DNA of 64,000 nucleotides from Patellaria atrata CBS 101060 (Eukaryota). The translations under genes were made by a program, and so were the position numbers. Positions 54,601 through 64,000 of the stretch are shown here, piece by piece (position 1 is the first letter of the stretch; each line of letters starts with the position of its first letter). The notes below the pieces were generated by a model. It did not search any database. It saw nothing but the letters and a program-made list of their open reading frames with translations, and was not told the origin of the DNA. The stretch is taken from the NCBI GenBank assembly GCA_010093705.1, contig MU006094.1:1029550-1093549 (forward strand), in the 5' to 3' direction.

Positions 54601-57600
54601 ATTGTTCATAATGGCTGTAAGAGGGATAATTGAAGTATCACATAGATTTGCTGTGCAGACGATCGTGGCATACCTGCATTACCCTGAAATCACTCACTGC
54701 GATAAGGTTTACTCTCTTGCAATTTACAAACCACAAGTTATTCTTTATTCTTCCCGATTTTCAGAATGGTGGGAGAAGTCTGGTACTCGTAGAGTGACCG
54801 CTCTTCTCGATCTCAATGTCAGTACTGACCATTACGGTCTTCGTCGTATTGCGAGAGTGTATCGTATTGTAGATTATCCGGAAGACAATTTTGAGGGCGG
54901 GAAGACGAGCAACCGAGAAATATGAACACTTTGTCCTGCATGTATTCCGTAATACATGGTCGTATATGTATGAGAAAGAAGTCAGTATTTACAATAAGAC
55001 TACTAGATTAATCGACCTTTAAGCTGGGGGATGTTGGCCTTAACCACGTTTCAACAGCTGCTCAGCGTAGATCTCAACCGCCAAATTGTTGACTCGAGCT
55101 CCATCCGCATGCTTGAGGATCGGGTGATATCATCCTTGAAAAAGCATAAATCCAAACGTCGTCATATGCGGCTGATTAACGTCCTCTAGAACCAACGAAA
55201 ATCGCCATGCTGTGCATGCGAGGGCACTGGGATCATAGAATGGATACTAAATCAGGGCCACAAACTGTTGACCTGATAGTTAGAGGCTTCGGGGAATTGT
55301 TGCTGCAGCATCCTGTCCGTATGCAGCGGACTGATAGCGGTGACGTGAAACTCGGTGCTACTGGTTAAGCTCGTGGCGAATTACTCCGGGACTGGCGCGG
55401 AGGCAGCATGTTACAGTGCGCAAGTGATCATTGGTTTCTTAGTCGCGGTGACGAGGCGGAGCATGTAAGCAGACTGATCTGGACTGAGTAGTATTTCATG
55501 AGACTTTCGGTAGAACTATGGAGTGTACCCGTGGTTTCAGGAGAAGTATAGGAATTTTGAGATTGGTTTGTGACCCTAGAAGAACCCCAAAATCTCTAGT
55601 TACATGGAGACTGAAGGGTAGATCCTTGCCTTGTGTGCTTCAATTGCCACATACACGGTTTTCAATGCGTAGTCGTCGCATTTTCCTACGTCAGTTCGGA
55701 AGTATATTGGCCGCAGATTGAAGATGCAGCGGCAAACTTGTGCCACATGCAACCGGGGTCCTTTTGTCTGGTAGTTATGGACAGCATTGTTCAGTCGTAA
55801 TGAATTTGAGTGTCTCAATTTCCCATGCTAGGATATCTGTACGGTGTTGTCCGTTATGTAGACTATGATCCACGGTTAATTCTAGATAGGATGGGGTTGT
55901 ACAGAATAACCACTACGTGAAAGAATGGAGTTTTGCACAAGAGGACAGTAGCAAGGTTGGAAAGACTTCACTCCTCCTACATAAGTCTAGGATTCGGGAC
56001 GCGCAGTACTCGTCGATCAGAACCGGGGTAAAGATGAATCTCCGGTTTGCAGATGAGCATTAGACGCTGCTGCTAGATAAGCTACAAGCATGCGAGGGGT
56101 TCTCGAATAAACTTGCGAGCGGCGGGTCGAAATTGAGAGAAATTGCTTGAGTTGCATACTTAAACAGCGGTCTGCAAGTCACAATTAGCTATAGGGGTAG
56201 GGCCTGACAGAATGTTCAGTTCCTTTGGGTACACATCCTTTCTACCTACCTAGAGATTGTTGATGAATTAAAGTTTATGCTGAAACAGAGTACGATGCAG
56301 TCTGTACGTCTAAGGGACCTGTAGACATATGGTAGCAACAATGCCTGTCTGCGGAGGTTCCGATGATGATTATGGGTCCTTGTATACATTCAGGCGGATA
56401 TGATTAGATTAGTCTTGAAGTCTGGGTTTAGTTTCTGAAACATACCCAATGATTTTGCAGACCAGGTGTTCAGTTCTGACAACCACCGTTTTTGACGTCA
56501 GGATGCCAACCCTTGGCCCTGGAAAGAATCTGTTTGGATGATTTTGTGAAATAAACGTAAGTAAATTATCTGTGGAGTGGCATCCCTCACATTCGTGGGA
56601 TGGACAAGGGGCCCTGAGAAGATCCACTGCAGCTGTTTTTACGAAAATCTCAGCAGCATGGGTTTGATATGTATCGGCATCCAACCGATGGGCCGAATGG
56701 CGATCGATAAGGGAGCATTTATTGAGCGTGCTATAGTAGTATTCTGTACAAGTCCTCACTACCGTAGTTCTACTCTAGCTTGTCTTGCCGTAGTTGAAGC
56801 AAGAGCCTGGGTACGCATGTGCACTATTGATGCAGAGTGAAGCTCGAACTGCGAAGGTCACCGTCGGCCGAAAGCTCAAAATCACGACTCAAGAGAATTA
56901 TTGTCTGTGTAGGGTTAATCACCAAACTGAAATCGTTGAAACTAGTTGACTTTGAGCAACACACCGAGGACCAGGATGCGATGCGCCACGTTCTTCTTTC
57001 TCTGAAGCGCAAGCAGATGAGCTTTTTGTCTTCGTGAGGCTAGCACGGCCAGGAAATGTGACTCCGTAAGATCTGGGGCTTGGCAAAAGATAATAATGGG
57101 AGTGAGATCGGTTGGAATTGCTTGCTGATGCTGATGAGATCTACATATCAGGCCATGTATTTGGACTGTCTTTGACGCATAATATTCCCTTCGGAGTATT
57201 GACTGTAAAGGGAAGCCGCCTAAAGGTCGGTAGGCATTTTGCTGAAGCCTCGTGGGAAGAGCGTAGGGATTGCTGCCCGTTTACGAGTGCCGCTCCCGCC
57301 GTTGAAACTTGGGGGATAACCGTTTGGGACTTGTCATGACCGTTTTAGGGAAGGACCCCTGTTGGCGATGAAACCCATCCTTGTTTTCGATGTGCGCGCA
57401 TCCCGCGAATAAGTGACAATGATGCAGAGAGGGCTGCATCTCGGAAAGTCAGTGTGATCCAACGGAGTGGAAGAAGATTTACATCCTAGAGTCATATTAC
57501 CCTTCAATTGGGCCGCTCACAGACCAAATGCATTTTATCCAGGGCAAAATCCTTTTCATGGTTTCGTAGAGGATTTGAGTTTGCTTTGACTAGAGTCACA

Positions 57601-60600
57601 GGACAGAGGCGTAAACGGAAATGAAAAAGATACACGCCTTCAACAGGTGAACTGCATGATTAGCACGTCAGTAACTGTTATAGGATCCCGTGGCCTATGG
57701 TCCTTCTGAGCTCAACCGTGGGACGGATATCAGAGACGGCGAGACGCATGATTATCTTCATCTTGCGTCTATCCTGAGGTTGGAACCCGTTAGGGTGAAT
57801 ACGTAAATACGGGAACAAATGAATTGCGTGCAACGCATCAAGCTTAAAGCTTCGGTGAGGTGAGCTAGGATAAAAGATAGTAGAGGCCGATATATCGAAA
57901 GTCACTATTGGAATTTCCAATTATTGTACAAGCGCGTACGTGTATGTATTGTACGATCACTGGTCGATAGATGATGTGATTGATGAGGAAGGCCTAGCCG
58001 TGCTAAAGAACGGTAACAAACGGCATAGAAGCTTCATGGAAATGATAAAGTTCATGTGTGCTGTAACTCGTCTATAAGTCTATAACAGAGATGATATGCT
58101 GCGAGGATAGCCTGCTAGTGCGGTAATATCTAGAAATCCTTCTGTTGTTACTTGCGCAGTTGCGATCAGCTCTGAAAGACTCTTTATCAATGAAACATTC
58201 CGATTGCAGATTTGAAGGCAAGAATAATTGATAGTTCCGCAGTTCGATGCTCTCAAGAAAGAAAGTGCTTAACGTCGTAAGGAGGATTCCGTCGAGCCAT
58301 GGTAGCCGTGATTTGAATATATTGCGACCTCGTCATCCTCAGATTGGTGCTATTGCAGGTCTGTGTGTTGAGGATAATATTGCCTGCTCCCGGGCCACAC
58401 AAGGAGATTAACCGCACCCAATAGGTGAGACTACCGGCCTCACCTACAAAGAATAATAACCCAGGAAACCAGTACTGTTTGAAAGGCTGAATACGGTGAT
58501 CACAAGGAGGAATGCTGCAAAGATGGAAGCGCAAGGAGTTTGAAGAGCGCACAGACACCACGGACAGATATCAGATTGATATGAAAACAACCAATTCCAA
58601 TAATGAATTCTTCAACATGGGGATATTGAACAAATGTTGTATTTTTCTCACATACAAAAGTCTAGACCTTGGGAAAATGAAGAGAACAGGACGACTAAAG
58701 ACGAAATGACGGCAGGTCGGATCGTGAGCTCGGAGAATTTTGGCATCCACTGATTTGCTAGCAATATCATATAACGAACATTTGCTCGTTTATGATAATC
58801 GATAGATTGTTGCCGGTGGAAGTTTTGTACCGACACCCAGTGACGGTTTAATGGTGATTGTTACACCACCACAGGAGAGAGTACGCTCTTACGTTGTATC
58901 AGCGTACAACATCTCTGTTACATGAAGACCTATGCCAGATGATTACTTCCGATGATGTGCTGACAAGGCATGCGAGGCATGTAAGATTCCCTTTCACGTG
59001 AAGACGATGCCATAGACCAAGCGTGGGATTGGAGCATCGATTTTCCAAACCGCGAGACTGGAAACCAATTTGCAAGCACACCAATCAAAAAAATAGATAG
59101 TGCATAATCTGCAGATCAGCCTACAGAGCCCTGGGTAATAATGAGCTCAGTAGCCTGCATTTAACACGTCGAGGGTGTAAGATTGTCGCAGGACTCTAGA
59201 TTGTAGGAAGAGAAATGGCGATACATGAAAGAAAAGTTAGGAAGCGGCTACCGATAGCCTAGGAAAGAAATTGTCCGTAGTGAATACTGTACGTCGAAAA
59301 GTAACTGTGTATATCCATGAATTTCATGAATCGATTATTAACATTCATGAGAGGTGTTGGCATGAAGAAGGAGGCCCATGAAATGAACCTAGAAAGATGA
59401 AGGAAAGTATGATGATTGAGCTAACGAGATAGCGGTCCCACTTGAGGATTATCATTTCAAATTATCCTATGGAAGAAAGGGATTTCTAGGATTCTAGGGA
59501 GTCTTGCGGGCGGGTGATGCCAGGTGGAAGGGAACCGTGGCAAGCGTGGGAGGAGACGCATAATGGTGAGGGTTAGGGAAGTCAGGATGAGGGTAAAGTA
59601 GTAAGGGGAGATGATGAGAGGAAGCTTAGGAAAAATGGCTCCTCTAATCCTCTTGGGGGTTTTCTTGGGCTTCTTCGAAGTTTCTAGACGCTTTTCTTGC
59701 GGGACCTGCTCTAACCGAGAATGATCGGCAGCGTGATCTACACCGCGGTCTTTCCCGCGCTCGTGTTCCGTTGTGTGAGAACTAGTTGAGCTTGACCCGA
59801 GTTCTATCATGGATGAGCCTTGAAAGCTCTCCCGGACTGGCTAAGCACACGAGCAATCCGACACGATATCCGTTACCTTGGGCCAACGCGCACTAATAAT
59901 TACCGTGAGTTGACTTTTAGGTTGTTATTAAGGTAACGTATTCAACGTGATTGATCGTCTCTTTGTGTACCTCCATGGGATAGATTCTCCTTAGTCCATA
60001 CTCCATAGTTCTACGTCGCCGACTATGTTATCATGTAACTCCCATTTTGGTAAAATCGTCGCTTTACCTCATCCATACAATATGATATGCGCTTCCCAAA
60101 ACGGCTTTACCATTGTTATTGCTTGCGACAACGAACGAAAAGAGAGTATTGATTTGACCTTTTCTGGTCTACCCAGTGCCACGGTCTGTTTCGCGTACCG
60201 ATCCTCAAGCCTCGTGCAAAATGGTCTAACAAGTGGCGGGATCGGTTAGAGGACTTCTCATCTCCACCGTCGCAGACTGACGTCCAACGTGCCGGATCGC
60301 TATCTCATCCAAGTTTATTCCCACTGTGACCTGAGACTGCGCAGCCAATCCAAAAATATTCATATTATTTGACACTGCGCTTTTAAGAGAAATAATAGAT
60401 CTTACTTATAATATGCAATACATGCCTGCTGGAGTGGGGCATGCTCCTGCAGAGCGGACGAGTCTTGACGAAAACTTGAAATGTCCGAAACAGAACAGTG
60501 ATGCGATGCCTCATAAATGCAAATTTTACCGCCGATTTCATCATTGTACTGGATTGAGAGTACTGTGCTGTATGTATGTACAACTTATTGAAGGGCCTTA

Positions 60601-63313
60601 ACTGCTCAACGCCTCTCAACAACTAGATAGTGCAGCTAATATGGATTGGTCTAGTCAATGACATTGAAAGCAAATGGAAGTGTACAGTACTGCCCTTGAC
60701 CCATCCGCGGGGGAGATATGCTCTAGCCCATCTCATAGGCTGACGAATGCAGCATGATCTGCAAAGGAAATAACCCTTTTTGTTCTCCGCAAAACTGTAT
60801 GTATGGTAACTTGGCTGTAACTTGCTGTAACTTTGGGAGACCTCTAGACGGCTCGGTTACATGACACAGGAAAAAGCCGTAATGATTCCCTTGATCGAAG
60901 AGCGTCAGCGCGTGGGGCACCAGTATCAGGTGGAGCTCTTCGCGCGTTGATGATCGACCCGCCATAGGACAGGCTAGTTTGTTGCGCAAAGAGTTCGACT
61001 TAAGGGGCTTAAAGTTATACGTGTAGGAGCAAATCTATCTGGACATCTACGGATTGGCTTCATACCGAAACCCTCTTAGCGGACTGGCGACGCAACGAAC
61101 TACGTACCACTAAGCGTTAAGTTCTGGGACGGAGAAAATCCCAGATTGGTGAATTTGTCGTTTCCCGCGCTTGCCTATTAGTTAGTGTCAGAAAGAAAGG
61201 TGTTGTCCAAATATATACCACCTACTATCGTGGTATCATCGCATGGTGGGTGTTAAATTAGGAGGCGAGTAAGGGAACCCTAAGACAACCTGTAGATCGA
61301 CCAGTTCATCATCGTTATATGATCATCCACCCCTCTCCCTTCGTTTCTTCGACGAGTCATAGGCTCAAGATGGTCTGGGAGTTATGAGCTGTACTGTTAG
61401 TGCGATTCTTTGGTCAGCCGCGGCCCTGAGGATCCGATGGCAAAGGTGTGTGGTGTCACTGGTGTGTGAGATGTGAATGGACTGCTAGAGCTAGACAGCG
61501 AGAGGAGTAGAGAGACTAGAAAGTAAGCCCGATACCTAAACCACACCCAATTTCAAGCCATGCGGATCATCAACGCCGCCAGAGCCATGTCCATCGGAGG
61601 ATTCGCTTGTGATTTCTACGCTATCAAAGTTGAGAATGATTACTGGCCCCTCCCTACATTCGTGTACATACACACCGTCGTTTGCGAGCTTACTAAAATA
61701 GACGGTGGTGTATGTGTTTGCCCTATCTTCAAAAATGCTGTCGACTTGACGGATCAAAATCTGCTACCAGTACAATCTTGTGCTATGGTTTGCGGTGTCA
61801 CTGAAGCTGACCTCGACGAGTGCTTTCTCCACATCGGTCTAAGAATTGTGAGAATGACAAAGGAGGCGTAGGCAGGGGTGCTTAAAGGATGCCTCCACCG
61901 TTTGTTATGACCCTCGTCGTACTTCTCCTGTACTGTACCTGGTCATTTTCATCAAGTGGATGTGCTCTTTTCTCACGCCTCTTACTTCTGCGGCCCCCCT
62001 TTGACTTTGTGCGTCCAAAAAATCCCACGAGGTCCGGGATCGAGTGCCTTTATTTCACATCAGCCCTGCGGACATAAGCTGCGGCCAAGGATAAAGAAAT
62101 CACACGAACGGGGACTTCGATATTGCTATATTGTAACTCTACGACACCACCGAGTAACAGGTAGCTTTAAAGTTATCTCAGCACTTTAAAAATTGCCAGC
62201 TTCTTCTGCGCCGTCGATCGATCTTGATAGATATTCCCGCAAAGTGCGAATCTCACCGTCACACAGATCTCTTCAATAGTGTACAGATAGCTCCCCGAGC
62301 CCCGTCCTTTACGTTCTTTTTTTATTTTTTCCTAATTCACCTTTTTCAGTTTCATTATCAAGGAGGGCCGGTGCCACCTTGCGCTCTTTTGGTGCGATTA
62401 TCGAATCGTGGTGCAGTTACTTTGCCGAGATCGGGGAAGTGCTATTTCTCACTAAAAGGCTTCCTACGCTTTAGAAAAAAAAGCAAAAGCAAAGGTCCAA
62501 AAACAGTATTGGAGCAAGGCCGTGACGCCTCACGGTCTATCATTGTTGCTGTTGTGCACTTGTGTGCCTCTCTAACCGAGGAATTTAACCGTCACACTGG
62601 ACTCGTGAGAGTCTCGTGGGGCCCGTGGGAAAGTCTCCCTTTCTTCACCCCGGTTGGATCTGCAGCGCATCATTGCCCCGTCCACCCTTACCCTGTAACG
62701 CCTCATTCCTCGAACGGTTGGATAGCCGGCGCTGTATAGATTGACAGGACCAGGCATCTTTGGCGGATCTCCGTCCCTGCTCCCTTGCCCGACCACGCCG
62801 ACTACTCAAGATAGACAAGACTCCTAGCAAAGAGTAAAACCGTTCAAGGGCCGCTCAAGGGCGCATATGACCAACTTCTCCCTTTACAGTAACATCTGCA
62901 CTGCCGTTGAGGGGACAAGTGTGGGCACGGCTCCTCCCAGATAATAACGGTTCGCTTCCTCCAAACGTCGACCCATCACCGCCGCCCAGGCCATCGTTGT
63001 CTGATCCGTGCTACTGGTGACGGCGACGTCTAACTCCCTGATCTTTACCTTTCACAGATCGTATACCTACAGTACTTGTACAAGAACACTCCTGCGGGCC
63101 CAAGCCTCTTTTCTCGCTTCTTAATAGCCTCCTCTTGTTTGGCCTCAAGTCCTGTTCGTTAACCTCAGCTATCATTCCTTCAACTGCTTTCGCTAGCCGT
63201 TGTTGTAACTTGAACTTTTCTATCTCTGCCTTCTTGTTGCAGAGTGGGCTTGTTGCTCGAGTATTGCTTTTGGTTAACGTTGCTGTTCTCTATGAGATAT
63301 GCATTTGTCGAGT

Positions 63314-64000
63314 ATGGTACAGAACGGGAGGGATGAACGTCGTGAGGCGCACGATCCCATTCACCAACGACAACTTCATTATTATTCTCAAACTCAAAAC
63401 AAACCGCTTCATTCGCAACACGACATCGTTTCTGCACTTGCTTCGAATCAGTTTGCATCCCAACAGCAGTTGGAATATTCATACCACCAGCGCACCCCTC
63501 AGTCCCCTCCTTCGCCACCCGTAGAAGAGGTTAACAAGCCCTCACTACCTTCGATTTCGAGTCTGCTCGGAATAGCGGATGGTGACCGAGCGAACGGTGA
63601 GAGTGGTATGTAGACGAGAGTATATTCTCGAGAAACTTTTATTAACATCTGTTAGGGCAAAATCAACAACAACACTCTGCAGTGTCACAAAACGTGGTAG
63701 CGGCTGGACAGACACAGGAAACTCGACCTGATCAAACTCCTCAATCTTTTGGCCACACGATCGTGAGCAACCCCAGAATGACTTTACCGCCAACTCCTCC
63801 TATGCAGCCGGATTCCGTCGTTGACGGCAATCAGTCTCCTTCCGCCACCTCGCAGTCGTCAATATCTGCGGCTCCTTATTATCTCGGTTCCTCTCTCAAC
63901 AACATGGAACCACACCAGCAGCGCCAAAATGTACCGACCGTATCAGATACCAAGCGACACCATTCAATGACCATTCATTCGGGTGTTTCTCCTTATAGTA
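63314..64000 (+). CDS. MtfA-like C2H2 transcription factor, 5' part (zinc fingers expected beyond the window)
   Basis: Exon 63314 (or 63299)-63605, intron 63606-63655, exon 63656->64000 open to the end. SPPVEE..SLPSISSLL..ADG and LPPTPPM resemble my recollection of the Aspergillus MtfA N-terminus; the fingers themselves are not visible. Confidence 0.72.

Noticed and set aside
56409..57040. Minus-strand ORF fragments (116 and 62 aa) as a gene
   Set aside because: Non-ATG starts, no recognisable motif and no convincing splice model.
40100..63300. Transposable elements in the gene-free interval
   Set aside because: No RT, integrase or DDE motifs, LTR/TIR pairs or AT-rich RIP blocks were recognisable by eye; very old relics cannot be excluded.

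Overview
Eukaryotic DNA from a filamentous ascomycete (Pezizomycotina, probably a Dothideomycete), with short GT-AG introns, CTRAY branch points and one 100-N scaffold gap. The first 40 kb is gene-dense: a GH76 DFG5/DCW1-like mannanase (partial), SNC1, ARG5,6, an HNM1-like permease, tetraspanin PLS1, MCM1, a large UBA-domain protein, MIC19, a SHB17-like phosphatase and two hypothetical genes. Several damaged loci are interspersed, including an APH-family phosphotransferase pseudogene, a truncated Nudix gene and an ORF with a single in-frame TAG. About 23 kb with no recognisable gene then precedes an mtfA-like C2H2 transcription factor (partial). Within that stretch (about 44.2-51.6 kb) is the most unusual feature: a degenerate head-to-tail array of about 12-13 minus-strand units, mostly 370-400 bp apart. 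Each keeps a TATA box, a pyrimidine tract and a start-site-like motif; most also keep an upstream RTCAYRAG element and several a downstream ATTGTGGTC-like motif, but no common ORF is preserved. All calls are from reading the sequence by eye; no searches were run.
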